The notes beneath the pieces are model-generated. The model was not told where the DNA came from and did not search any database. It saw nothing but the letters and a program-made list of their open reading frames with translations. From assembly GCA_963779845.1 (NCBI GenBank), contig CAVZZV010000006.1, forward strand, positions 226,595 to 290,594: a stretch of 64,000 bases of DNA, read 5' to 3'. Shown in pieces: positions 8,732 to 18,488 of this stretch; positions within the stretch are counted from its first letter, which is position 1, and each line of letters starts with the position of its first letter. Source of the DNA: an uncultured Bacteroidales bacterium. GTDB taxonomy: Bacteria > Bacteroidota > Bacteroidia > Bacteroidales > GCA-2748055. The position numbers were made by a program, and so were the translations under genes.

Positions 8732-10906
8732 ATGCCACGGTATTTTATTCCTTTCTTATTTTTCTTTTATTTGATTTTCTTTTCCTTAGGGAATATCCGG
8801 TCACAGAATAATGAACGCCCGAAAGTTGGCCTGATTCTCAGTGGTGGGGGAGCTAAAGGCCTCGCCCATATCGGGGTATTAAAGGTGCTTGAGGAGGCAG
8901 GGATCAGGCCGGATTTCATAGGCGGCACCAGCATGGGAAGCATTGTTGGGGGACTCTACGCTATTGGCTATTCAGCAGATTCTCTGGAGAAAATTTCCCA
9001 AAGTACCGATTGGATGGATATTCTGGCCGACCGCATCTCCAGGCCCAATCTCACCATTGAGGAAAAAGAAGATGCCGACCGTTTCATCTTTTCTATTCCG
9101 GTGAAAGAAAATAAACTGGTGATCCCTTCGGGGGTAATTAATGGACAAAGTATTCAAAATTTACTGAACACACTTTGCGCCCCTGTTTATGACATACGGA
9201 ATTTTAATGATTTTCAGATTCCATTTCTATGCGTCGCAACAGACATCGAAACAGGAAAAGAGGTGGTTTTCAGAAAGGGATACCTTCCTGAAATTCTGAG
9301 GGCCAGTATGTCCATTCCAAGTATTTTTAATCCCATACTTCTCAATGATGTTCTTTTGGTGGATGGAGGAGTGGTAAATAATTTTCCGGTAAAGCTGGTC
9401 AAAGAGATGGGTGCGGATATCATTATCGGCGTAGATGTCGGGTTTCAATATTATAAAAAAGATCAACTCAATTCCATGTTCAGGATCATTGAACAATCGA
9501 TCTTTTTTTATGGAGAAGCACTTAACCGGGAAAACCGGAAGCTTGTTGATATTCTTATAGAACCCAATATGGATGGCTTTAATGCCTCTAGCTTCAATTC
9601 TGAGGATACGATAATTGCCCATGGCGAAAGTGCCGCCAGGAAACAATTCACGAAATTGAAAGCCCTTGGCGATAGCCTTCGCAGAATTGATCCCTCTTTT
9701 GGCCCTGATCAAATACTTCCTGAACTCGATTCAATGACACTTATGGAAATCCGGGTAAGGGGCCTCGACAAAGTGTCTGGTGATTTGCTGAATGGAAAAT
9801 TACAGCTTGAGGTTTTTGACAAGGTCACTGCCAGGGATATATCTTTGGCTATAAGTCGTTTATATTCAAGCTTGTATTTTGAAAGAATCAATTATGAAAT
9901 CCAGCCGTTACAATCCGGGGTCCGGCTTTCCATAGATGTCTCAGAGAGCAAAGGTGGACAATTCAGGGTAGGTTTGCATTACGACAGTGACTACAAATCG
10001 GCCATTCTGCTCAATGCCACATTCCGTAATCTGGCAATTGACGGGTCAAAACTTTCATTCAACACTGCTTTAGGTGAAAATCCATTTTTCAATGCCTCCT
10101 TTTTCAAGAATAATGGATGGAAGCCGGGATACGGAATCAATTTTAGGGTAGACCGGACAAGGGTCTATGGTTACCAAAAGGGAAGAAAAATCTCCTCTCT
10201 TAATTTTAATAAAAGTTCAACGGAACTTTATACACAGTCCATATTCTCGAACAATTATGCCCTGGGTGCAGGAATTGAATATGAAGTTACCAGCCTTAAA
10301 CCATTCGTTGACCCGGTCATGGGTATGGATACTTCAGGAACTTTTTTTAACTATTACGGGTTTCTGCATGTCGACACCTACGACAATGCATTCTATCCGA
10401 AAAGGGGCATGCAATTTAGTACCCAACTAAAGGTAATTACCAATCAGCCTGCCGATCCGGTACTTTACCTGATGCTGAGATATAAGAATGCTCTCCCCCT
10501 TACCCCGCGGCTGACTTATATTCAAAAGGTTTATGGGGGGGCTGTAGACGGTAACCAGGTACCCTATCAATATTATTTCTACAGCGGTGGGATGAATGAA
10601 CGATCCGATTTTAGCTTCTTCCCATTTACCGGGCTCGAGTTCATGGAAAAAGTTTCCGGGAATGCACTAATCCTTGCCGGAGATTTACAATACGAACTAT
10701 TTCCGGATATTTATCTCATCCTTAAAGGGAATATCGGAAATATAAAAAACAATTTCGACGATCTTTTCACGGCTGATGATATCCTGGGTGGAATTGGTAT
10801 AACTGCAGGATACGAGAGCTGGATTGGCCCTATTGAACTGAATGTTTCCAAATCTGCCAATCGCTCAGGATTGACTGGATTTGTAAATATCGGATTCTGG
10901 TTTTAA
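8732..10906 (+). CDS. patatin-like phospholipase fused to a POTRA-like domain and an Omp85-type beta-barrel (PlpD-like, type Vd architecture)
   Basis: 724 aa with signal peptide MPRYFIPFLFFFYLIFFSLGNIRSQ. Patatin motifs: GGGAKG (oxyanion hole), GTSMGS (GxSxG), VDGG (Asp of the dyad). A POTRA-like segment MEIRVRGLDKVS... is followed by a barrel ending GFVNIGFWF. Confidence 0.85.
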   Translation: MPRYFIPFLFFFYLIFFSLGNIRSQNNERPKVGLILSGGGAKGLAHIGVLKVLEEAGIRPDFIGGTSMGSIVGGLYAIGYSADSLEKISQSTDWMDILADRISRPNLTIEEKEDADRFIFSIPVKENKLVIPSGVINGQSIQNLLNTLCAPVYDIRNFNDFQIPFLCVATDIETGKEVVFRKGYLPEILRASMSIPSIFNPILLNDVLLVDGGVVNNFPVKLVKEMGADIIIGVDVGFQYYKKDQLNSMFRIIEQSIFFYGEALNRENRKLVDILIEPNMDGFNASSFNSEDTIIAHGESAARKQFTKLKALGDSLRRIDPSFGPDQILPELDSMTLMEIRVRGLDKVSGDLLNGKLQLEVFDKVTARDISLAISRLYSSLYFERINYEIQPLQSGVRLSIDVSESKGGQFRVGLHYDSDYKSAILLNATFRNLAIDGSKLSFNTALGENPFFNASFFKNNGWKPGYGINFRVDRTRVYGYQKGRKISSLNFNKSSTELYTQSIFSNNYALGAGIEYEVTSLKPFVDPVMGMDTSGTFFNYYGFLHVDTYDNAFYPKRGMQFSTQLKVITNQPADPVLYLMLRYKNALPLTPRLTYIQKVYGGAVDGNQVPYQYYFYSGGMNERSDFSFFPFTGLEFMEKVSGNALILAGDLQYELFPDIYLILKGNIGNIKNNFDDLFTADDILGGIGITAGYESWIGPIELNVSKSANRSGLTGFVNIGFWF

Positions 10907-10932
10907 GAAAATTAAAATGAAACGGTTAATAA

Positions 10933-11657
10933 AAACTGATTTATGATATTTTTCTCATAAATGGTATTTTCTTCTTTTGGGGCTACAATGATAAGGATCT
11001 ATTTCGCCAATCCCTTGAAGTCATCGACAGCCTGCCGGGAAAAAGGCTTGATATCTATTTCACAGGGAGCACTCATTCCCCATTCAAAATCACAGACCAA
11101 AGCTTGTATGATTATAAATACGAAAATCTCATCAGGGGATTGGAATACCCCGGGGATTCTTCCTTCTTTCTGGACAATAGAAAATACCTTCAATCGGTAA
11201 ACTTTCTTGATGACGCGCTTCGATTTTATTTCAATGCTTATGAGCAACTGCCTGAATTTGAGAATACTATTTTTATTATAACCGGAGATCATCCCATGAC
11301 AGAAGTCCCTCGGGGAAATTCACTCAAAAAATACCATGTCCCACTTATCATATATTCTCCCAGGCTAAAGTCCCCCATGGTTTTCGAGTCACTGGTCAGT
11401 CATCTGGATATCTACGAATCACTGCTTTCATTACTGACCAATTACGATTTAAAATTTCCGGGTATAAGCTTTTTTTTAGAAAAAACATCGGTATGCCCGA
11501 AAATGAGAACTATTTGCAAGCCCACCTCCCACTACCTGAACAGGACTTACCAGATAGCACGTATCTCTTCAGCGCCTATTTTTGGAACCCTGGCTCCGGC
11601 TGGCTAAAATTCTGGAATTACCATGGTTTGTTATATGAACTTCCCGGAGCACTCTAA
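10933..11657 (+). pseudogene. 5'-truncated remnant of a sulfatase / LTA-synthase family gene
   Basis: The open frame from 10933 reads ...WGYNDKDLFRQSLEVIDSLPGKRLDIYFTGSTHSPF...IFIITGDHPMTEVPRGNSLKKYHVPLIIYSP, the C-terminal half of a sulfatase-fold domain. The TM region and catalytic N-terminal half are missing. Only 26 bp separate it from the patatin stop. A probable extra frameshift lies in the T8 run at 11469-11476, after which another frame continues to the TAA at 11655-11657. Confidence 0.6.
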
Positions 11658-11716
11658 CAATTTATTCGTTTCCATTGTTGATACTGATAGATTTGAATAA
11701 ACCAAACCATAAAGAT

Positions 11717-12388
11717 ATGAATCCGGTAAAAATTCAGATTAAATCTGTTCAAAATGTAACACACAATGTATTGCAATTTCATCTTGAAAAACCTACTGAC
11801 CTTGAATTCATTCCCGGACAGGCATCTCATATCTCCATAGACCGGGAGAACTGGAGGGAGGAAAAACATCCCTTCACCTATACAAGCCTGCCCTCTGATG
11901 ATTATACTGAATTTACCATCAAAACATATCCTTCGCATAAGGGCGTAACAAACAAAATGCTTGAACTCCGCAAAGGAGACTATCTTATCGTTCATGATAT
12001 ATTTGGTACCATTCAATATGACGGGGAGGGGCTATTTATAGCGGGCGGTGCAGGGATAACCCCTTTCATTTCTATTTTCAGGAATCTTAAGTCAGGCAAC
12101 CGGATTGGAAATAATAAACTTATATTTGCAAATAAGACCCGCTCCGATATCATCTACTGGAATGAGTTTAGTGACATGCTGGGAGATAATCTTATCCATG
12201 TTCTTTCAGAGGAAAAACCCGACGGTTTTCTTCATGGATACATTAATGAAGAGATTCTCAATCAGAATATACGTATAAACAGAGACAAAGTATACCTATG
12301 CGGACCCGAGCCCATGATGGATTCAATTATGGAAAAACTCTCCGGAATTGGGGTAAAGGAACAATACATTATAAAGGAAGAATTTTAA
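11717..12388 (+). CDS. small ferredoxin/flavodoxin-NADP reductase-like FAD/NAD(P)-binding oxidoreductase
   Basis: The ORF starts at 11675, but the likely start is the ATG at 11717 (MNPVKIQIKSV...). Motifs: FR-type FAD-binding HPFTYTS, NAD(P) motif GGAGITPF, C-terminal CGPEPMM. Confidence 0.7.
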   Translation: MNPVKIQIKSVQNVTHNVLQFHLEKPTDLEFIPGQASHISIDRENWREEKHPFTYTSLPSDDYTEFTIKTYPSHKGVTNKMLELRKGDYLIVHDIFGTIQYDGEGLFIAGGAGITPFISIFRNLKSGNRIGNNKLIFANKTRSDIIYWNEFSDMLGDNLIHVLSEEKPDGFLHGYINEEILNQNIRINRDKVYLCGPEPMMDSIMEKLSGIGVKEQYIIKEEF

Positions 12389-12454
12389 TTTCCAACGTTT
12401 CGCTCTTTCCAAAAAATAAAAACTCCATGTAATTAACCTGAAAATTAGAAAATT

Positions 12455-15223
12455 ATGTCGAATGACCCTTACAAGATCCGAAAAACTCTTAACACGAAGA
12501 ATGCCTCTTATACTTTTTACAGCCTCACAGAATTGGAAAAGCAGGGACATAATATCAGTAAGCTCCCATTTTCAATCCGTATTCTGCTGGAGAATGCCCT
12601 CAGAAATTTTGATGATTTTGCCATTACTACAGAGAACATTGAAACCATATTAAACTGGGTACCCGGGGCATCTGACAAGGATATCCCCTTTAAACCTGCA
12701 CGGGTATTGATGCAGGACTTCACGGGCGTCCCAGCTGTGGTGGATATTGCTTCGTTGCGTGCTGAACTGGCGAGGAAAGGAAAAAACCCCAATGAAATAA
12801 ATCCACTCATTCCTGTCGACCTGGTTATTGACCATTCAGTGCAGATAGACTATTTTGGTACCGGATATGCTTTAAGTAGAAATATAGAGGAAGAATACAG
12901 CAGAAACAAAGAAAGATATCAATTCCTGAAATGGGCTCAGAAATCGTTTAATAATTTTAACGTCGTACCTCCGGGAATGGGAATTTGCCATCAGGTAAAT
13001 CTTGAATATCTCTCCAGGGGAGTAATCGAACGGAATGGTGAAGTATTTCCGGACACGCTCGTTGGGACGGACAGTCATACTCCTATGGTCAACGGAATTG
13101 GGGTAGTTGCCTGGGGAGTTGGGGGTATAGAAGCCGAAGCTGCCATTTTGGGTCAGCCAATCTATTTCATCATGCCCCAGGTTGTCGGATTAAAGCTTAG
13201 CGGGAAACTGCCTGCCGGGACAACTGCCACCGATATGGTTCTCACCATTGCTGAACTACTTCGTGAAAAAGGAGTTGTCGGAAAATTTGTAGAAGTATTC
13301 GGAACCGGACTCGATTATTTATCCGTCCCCGATCGTGCCACGATAGGCAATATGTCTCCTGAGTTCGGCTGCACCGTTACCTATTTTCCAATCGACGATA
13401 AGACCCTTGAATATATGCGCACCAGCAACCGTTCTGAAGAACAGGTCCAACTGGTTGAAGACTATTGCAAAGCGAATATGTTATGGCGAACGGGGGAGGA
13501 TAAGATTGAATATTCCGATATTGTAGAACTCGACCTGTCCACGATTGAACCCACAGTTTCAGGTCCGAAACGGCCGCAGGACCGCGTACTTCTAAAAAAT
13601 CTTAAAAATCGTTTCATCGACCTTTTAGATACCAGTTATGGCCGGAAATATACCGAACCAAAAGAACTAAGCCGCTGGATGGCCGAGGGTGGTGGCCAAC
13701 CTGTTCCCCAGGAAAAACAGGTGGAAGCTGACACGGAAATTGAAGAAAGCAGTGAAAATGGCATGAAAAACCTCTGGATTACCGTTGGGCAGGAAAGCTT
13801 CAAAATTTCTGACGGAGCTATTGCAATAGCGGCAATTACATCCTGCACTAACACCTCTAATCCTTGGGTAATGTTAGGGGCAGGACTGGTCGCAAGAAAA
13901 GCCAGGGAATTCGGCTTAAAGGTCAAACCATGGGTTAAAACATCCCTGGCCCCGGGGTCGAAGGTTGTGACGGATTATCTCAGAAATGCGAATCTGCTTG
14001 AAGACCTTGAAGCGATGCAGTTTCATGTCGTAGGTTATGGATGCACCTCATGCATCGGAAATTCCGGCCCCCTTCCCCCCTACATTTCAAAGGCTATTGA
14101 AGAACATGAACTGGTACTTGCCTCCGTGCTTTCAGGAAACCGTAATTTTGAAGCCCGAATCCATCCCCAGGTCAGAATGAATTTTCTTATGTCGCCCATG
14201 CTGGTTGTCGCCTTTGCCGTTGCCGGAAGAATTGACATAGACCTGGTGAACGACCCCTTAAGCCTGGATCCAAACGGGCAGCCGGTTTACCTCAAAGACA
14301 TCTGGCCGCGGGATGAAGAAATATTCGAACTGATGAACAAGGCATTGGCTCCCTCAGACTTCAGTAAAAATTACGAGAAAATTTTCGAAGGAAATGAAAT
14401 CTGGCAAAGATTGCATGTACCCGAAGACCAATTGTTTCAGTGGAAGGAGGATTCCACCTATATTAAGGAAGTACCTTTCTTTTACAATCTGCCTGAGGAA
14501 CCACAAAAAGTTGGCAATATTACAGGAGCCCGGGCATTATTGGTTTTGGGGGACAGTATTACCACCGATCATATTTCTCCCGCCGGTCAGTTTAACGAGC
14601 ATTCCTCTGCCGGCAAATATCTTATTAGCAAGGGAGTGAAAAGGGAAGATTTTAATTCCTACGGCTCACGCAGAGGAAATGATGAAGTGATGGTCCGCGG
14701 TACTTTCGCCAATGTCCGCATAAAAAACAAACTCTCGTCAAAAGAAGGGGGCTATACCAGATACATTCCTGAAGGAGAGGAAATGTCTGTTTATGAGGCT
14801 TCCGTCAAATACCGCTCTTCAGGGACCCCTCTCATTGTACTTGCCGGGAAGGAATACGGAAGCGGCTCATCGCGTGACTGGGCGGCGAAAGGCACTTTCT
14901 TACTTGGGATCAAAGCGGTAATCGCCGAGAGCTATGAAAGGATCCACAGGAGCAATCTGGTGGATATGGGAGTTTTGCCATTGCAGTATAAAAAAGGGGA
15001 AAATGCGGATCGCCTGGGATTGACAGGGACTGAACTATTTACCATAACCGGGATCGATACAGAACTTGTGCCAATGAAAAATCTGACCCTTATTGCAAAA
15101 GCGGAGGATGGAAAGGAAATAAAGTTCGAGGCAACAGCCAGGCTTGATTCACAAATTGAAATTGAATATTACCAGCATGGCGGTATTCTTCAATATGTAC
15201 TCCGATCATTTTTGAAAAATTAG
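12455..15223 (+). CDS. acnA: aconitate hydratase A
   Basis: 922 aa. Motifs: GTDSHTPMVNGIGV, ITSCTNTSNP, VGYGCTSCIGNSG, GSSRDWAAKG. Confidence 0.95.
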   Translation: MSNDPYKIRKTLNTKNASYTFYSLTELEKQGHNISKLPFSIRILLENALRNFDDFAITTENIETILNWVPGASDKDIPFKPARVLMQDFTGVPAVVDIASLRAELARKGKNPNEINPLIPVDLVIDHSVQIDYFGTGYALSRNIEEEYSRNKERYQFLKWAQKSFNNFNVVPPGMGICHQVNLEYLSRGVIERNGEVFPDTLVGTDSHTPMVNGIGVVAWGVGGIEAEAAILGQPIYFIMPQVVGLKLSGKLPAGTTATDMVLTIAELLREKGVVGKFVEVFGTGLDYLSVPDRATIGNMSPEFGCTVTYFPIDDKTLEYMRTSNRSEEQVQLVEDYCKANMLWRTGEDKIEYSDIVELDLSTIEPTVSGPKRPQDRVLLKNLKNRFIDLLDTSYGRKYTEPKELSRWMAEGGGQPVPQEKQVEADTEIEESSENGMKNLWITVGQESFKISDGAIAIAAITSCTNTSNPWVMLGAGLVARKAREFGLKVKPWVKTSLAPGSKVVTDYLRNANLLEDLEAMQFHVVGYGCTSCIGNSGPLPPYISKAIEEHELVLASVLSGNRNFEARIHPQVRMNFLMSPMLVVAFAVAGRIDIDLVNDPLSLDPNGQPVYLKDIWPRDEEIFELMNKALAPSDFSKNYEKIFEGNEIWQRLHVPEDQLFQWKEDSTYIKEVPFFYNLPEEPQKVGNITGARALLVLGDSITTDHISPAGQFNEHSSAGKYLISKGVKREDFNSYGSRRGNDEVMVRGTFANVRIKNKLSSKEGGYTRYIPEGEEMSVYEASVKYRSSGTPLIVLAGKEYGSGSSRDWAAKGTFLLGIKAVIAESYERIHRSNLVDMGVLPLQYKKGENADRLGLTGTELFTITGIDTELVPMKNLTLIAKAEDGKEIKFEATARLDSQIEIEYYQHGGILQYVLRSFLKN

Positions 15224-15382
15224 GTGACCAGACAGTTGAGCAGAGTAACTATGGCTTTCTATTTTTTAACAGGTTTTAATCGTGATAAGGATTTAATTTG
15301 CCGAAATAATGCTGTTTCTTATTGATTTTTAATAACTTTCTGACCAAATCTATTTTATTCCAATCCATTAATACCTGAAAAC

Positions 15383-15808
15383 ATGAATGAATTTAAGAAA
15401 TTTATCAGCAAGGGTAATGTCGTCGAAATGGCAGTTGGCTTAATCACTGCCTTGTATTTTGGTGCCATTATCAAGTCCCTGGTGGATGATATTCTCATGC
15501 CTCCCATCGGTCTTCTTCTCGGAGGAAAGGATTTTTCGCGCCTTAGGATTATACTAAAAGATGCTGTACCGGAATCTGTTGCCGGAGCAGGTGATGGAAT
15601 CAGGGAAGTGGCCATCCAGTATGGAGTGTTTGTTAATACTATCGTAACCTTCCTTATTGTCTCACTTGCCATCTTCATGATCCTCAAAGCATACAACAGG
15701 CTAAAAGAAAAAATGGAACATAAAAAAGAACTGGAGAAAGCCGCTCCGGCTGTTCCTACAAAAGAGGAACAATTATTAGCGGAAATCAGGGATCTTCTAA
15801 AGAAGTAG
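15383..15808 (+). CDS. mscL: large-conductance mechanosensitive channel
   Basis: 141 aa. N-terminus: MNEFKKFISKGNVVEMAVGLITALYFGAIIKSLVDDILMPPIG. Confidence 0.93.
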   Translation: MNEFKKFISKGNVVEMAVGLITALYFGAIIKSLVDDILMPPIGLLLGGKDFSRLRIILKDAVPESVAGAGDGIREVAIQYGVFVNTIVTFLIVSLAIFMILKAYNRLKEKMEHKKELEKAAPAVPTKEEQLLAEIRDLLKK

Positions 15809-15844
15809 AATCCCGGAATAGAAACCACTTATACCGTTCAATCT

Positions 15845-16630
15845 ATGGTCACGCTGTATGGCATTTCCCTTCAATACTATATCCCGATGCGAAGCGAATG
15901 TTCTGACCGTTCTGAAATGGTCAGCCAGGTATTGTTTGGGGAAACCTTCACCATTCTTGAAAAGAAGGCGAAGTTTTCCTTCGTCAGGCTGGATTTTGAC
16001 GGATACGAAGGATGGGTAGATACGAGATCCATACATTTATTGAATGAGCGTGAATATAGGGATTACCATTCAATTGATCCGGTCATACTGCATACAAACA
16101 TGACTATCGGTTCTTCGGATTCCATGAAGCCAGGAATCAAGGTGGGAGCAGGTAGTACTTTGGTAATCTCCGAGGGGGTTATTCAACCCGGACTAAAAGA
16201 TTTTCTTGCACCGGAGCCGGGAGAATTTAATAAAATAAGCGATAAGCAGGCGGCGTTGATGAGTTATTGTCGCCATTTTATCTCAGTACCCTACTTGTGG
16301 GGCGGACGCTCTGATATGGGAATTGATTGTTCCGGTCTGGTACAAAATCTTTATAAGCAGGCAGGCATTGCGATACCCAGGGATGCCTCTCAACAGGTAT
16401 TGAAGGGAGAAACAGTCAATTTTCTTTCTGAATCAGCACCGGGCGATATTGCCTTTTTCGATAATGAGGAGGGAATCATAAGCCACGTAGGCATGCTACT
16501 TTCGACGAACAGCATCCTTCATGCCTCCGGGAAAGTGCGGATCGATTCTTTTGACCATCAGGGAATCTATTCGGAAAAAGAAAGGGAATATACCCACAAA
16601 TTGAGGGTTATTAAGAGATTCTTCTCCTGA
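15845..16630 (+). CDS. C40 (NlpC/P60) family peptidase with N-terminal SH3b-like domain
   Basis: 261 aa. Catalytic core: YLWGGRSDMGIDCSGLVQNLY ... ISHVGMLL. Confidence 0.85.
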   Translation: MVTLYGISLQYYIPMRSECSDRSEMVSQVLFGETFTILEKKAKFSFVRLDFDGYEGWVDTRSIHLLNEREYRDYHSIDPVILHTNMTIGSSDSMKPGIKVGAGSTLVISEGVIQPGLKDFLAPEPGEFNKISDKQAALMSYCRHFISVPYLWGGRSDMGIDCSGLVQNLYKQAGIAIPRDASQQVLKGETVNFLSESAPGDIAFFDNEEGIISHVGMLLSTNSILHASGKVRIDSFDHQGIYSEKEREYTHKLRVIKRFFS

Positions 16631-16798
16631 GTGCAGCCAGGCCCGGGTACCCTTTACTATGGCAATGCTCAGTCAGCGGAACCTTTGCCGGGCAAATTAT
16701 ATTACGAAAAACCCGGTATAATGTAAGGTCCTCACCCAAAATCCTTTCATTTCTCCAAAAACTGTCATAACTTGTGATGAATTAAAAAACCCTCACCT

Positions 16799-17350
16799 AT
16801 GTATGAATTTTCTGAATTTTATGGCTTCATAATTATTCTTCTCGTAATCGCGATCCTCTATTTCATATTCAGGTTGGTGAGGGAAAGACGAAATGAAGAA
16901 ACCAAAAATACCGGTGAGTATACCTATCGGTTTCCCAGGCCTGCAGTAACTGTTGACATCCTTGTTTTTACCACAGTGGAAAACAATAAACAAGTTTTGC
17001 TCATAAAAAGAAAGGCCGATCCCTTCAAAGGTCGATGGGCTTTGCCCGGAGGGTTTATTGAGATGGATGAAACCCTTGAAATTGCTGCTTTACGGGAACT
17101 CAAAGAAGAAACAAATATTCAATTGAGCCGGCTTGACCAATTCAGAGCTTTTGACGATCCCGACCGGGATCCACGGGGAAGGACCATCTCCATGGTTTTT
17201 TATACTTTCCTTGAATCCATTCCAAAAAATCATAAGGCCGGCGACGATGCGGCGCAATTGCAATGGTTTCCGATTGAAAATCCCCCTCCCATGGCCTTCG
17301 ACCATGACCGGATTCTTGCAGAGGCACGGCAATTAATAGTCGAGGAATAA
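16799..17350 (+). CDS. NUDIX hydrolase with a predicted N-terminal transmembrane helix
   Basis: 183 aa. Nudix box: GGFIEMDETLEIAALRELKEETNI. The first 25 residues (FYGFIIILLVIAILYFIF) are hydrophobic. There is no internal ATG before the conserved YRFPRPAVTVD. Confidence 0.8.
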   Translation: MYEFSEFYGFIIILLVIAILYFIFRLVRERRNEETKNTGEYTYRFPRPAVTVDILVFTTVENNKQVLLIKRKADPFKGRWALPGGFIEMDETLEIAALRELKEETNIQLSRLDQFRAFDDPDRDPRGRTISMVFYTFLESIPKNHKAGDDAAQLQWFPIENPPPMAFDHDRILAEARQLIVEE

Positions 17351-17419
17351 AAAGGGTCAAATAATTGCATCTGATTTTTTAATAGTGGGGAGACTTGACC
17401 ACCCAAAGAACTTTTTTCT

Positions 17420-17427
17420 TATCTTTG
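17420..17427 (+). promoter_or_regulatory. candidate -7 box (TATCTTTG) upstream of cysD
   Basis: Matches TAnnTTTG, 47 nt upstream of the ATG at 17474. Confidence 0.35.
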
Positions 17428-17473
17428 CCCCTCAAATAAACCTGCCTCTTTCAGGTTGGTGAAGATTCGAACT

Positions 17474-18379
17474 ATGGAGAAATATACTCTCACCCATTTG
17501 CGGGAACTGGAAGCTGAATCCATCTACATCATTCGGGAAGTTGCTGCGCAATTTGAAAAACCGGCTCTGCTTTTCTCTGGTGGAAAAGATTCCATTGTTA
17601 TGTATTATCTTGCTTTGAAAGCCTTTTGGCCTTCCAAAGTCCCCTTTCCCTGCCTGCATATCGATACAGGCCACAATTTCCCGGAAACTCTGGAATTCCG
17701 GGATAGCCTTATGGAAAAAACCGGCGGGAAATGTATTGCCCGCTATGTTCAGGATTCCATCGATTCAGGGAAGGCGGTTGAAGAAAAGGGGGTTAATGCC
17801 AGCAGGAATGTCTTACAAACCATTACCTTGTTGGATGCCATTGAGGAGTTTAAATTTGATGCCGCCCTGGGTGGAGGTCGAAGGGACGAAGAAAAAGCCC
17901 GTGCGAAAGAACGCTTCTTCTCCCATCGGGATGAATTTGGGCAATGGGATCCTAAAAACCAACGACCCGAATTGTGGAACATCTTCAACGGGAAGAAAAA
18001 CATGGGAGAACATTTCCGTGTATTTCCCCTTAGCAACTGGACCGAAATGGATGTATGGCAATATATTTATCTGGAGGATATTGAAATTCCACATCTTTAT
18101 TACACCCATAAACGGGAAGTTTTCAATCGTGACGGGGTATGGCTGGCTGCCGCCGACTTCATGCAACTAAAAGAGGGGGAAAAACCAGATGTCCTGGATG
18201 TCCGTTGTCGTACAATCGGCGATATTACCTGCACGGGATTGACCCTCTCCACTGCTAACAGTCTTGAGGATATCATCCACGAAGTCGCTGCCACCAGGGT
18301 TACAGAGCGAGGTGGCAGATATGATGACCGTCGCTCGGAAGCAGCCATGGAAGACCGCAAAAAGGAGGGTTACTTTTAA
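17474..18379 (+). CDS. cysD: sulfate adenylyltransferase subunit 2
   Basis: The ORF starts at 17456, but the likely start is the ATG at 17474 (MEKYTLTHLRELEAESIYIIREV). PP-loop: SGGKDS. Confidence 0.93.
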   Translation: MEKYTLTHLRELEAESIYIIREVAAQFEKPALLFSGGKDSIVMYYLALKAFWPSKVPFPCLHIDTGHNFPETLEFRDSLMEKTGGKCIARYVQDSIDSGKAVEEKGVNASRNVLQTITLLDAIEEFKFDAALGGGRRDEEKARAKERFFSHRDEFGQWDPKNQRPELWNIFNGKKNMGEHFRVFPLSNWTEMDVWQYIYLEDIEIPHLYYTHKREVFNRDGVWLAAADFMQLKEGEKPDVLDVRCRTIGDITCTGLTLSTANSLEDIIHEVAATRVTERGGRYDDRRSEAAMEDRKKEGYF

Positions 18380-18488
18380 AGGCAAAAATATATCTCCTAT
18401 AAAATTTACATCCATGAATTAATTTACTTCATCCTACCCTTTCTTTTTTGCTTTTGATGGAGTACTCAAGATTTGAAATCCGCTAATT

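Noticed and set aside
11654-12016. 120-aa minus-strand ORF overlapping the FNR-like gene start
   Set aside because: It is antisense to a gene with clear FAD/NAD motifs and has no independent support.
15355-15828. 157-aa minus-strand ORF that spans the entire mscL gene in antisense
   Set aside because: Its composition is low-complexity (S/A/T/I-rich) and I recognise no motif. mscL on the plus strand is a textbook match. A long antisense ORF is a common frame artefact.
17464-17472. GATTCGAAC, the reverse complement of a tRNA T-loop-like GTTCGAATC, just upstream of cysD
   Set aside because: The flanking bases do not form a T-stem or an acceptor stem, and no cloverleaf can be drawn.
17351-17473. 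Possible riboswitch (SAM or another sulfur-related class) in the cysD leader
   Set aside because: I could not find the conserved S-box or SAM-II core sequences. The region contains only a promoter-like TATCTTTG box.
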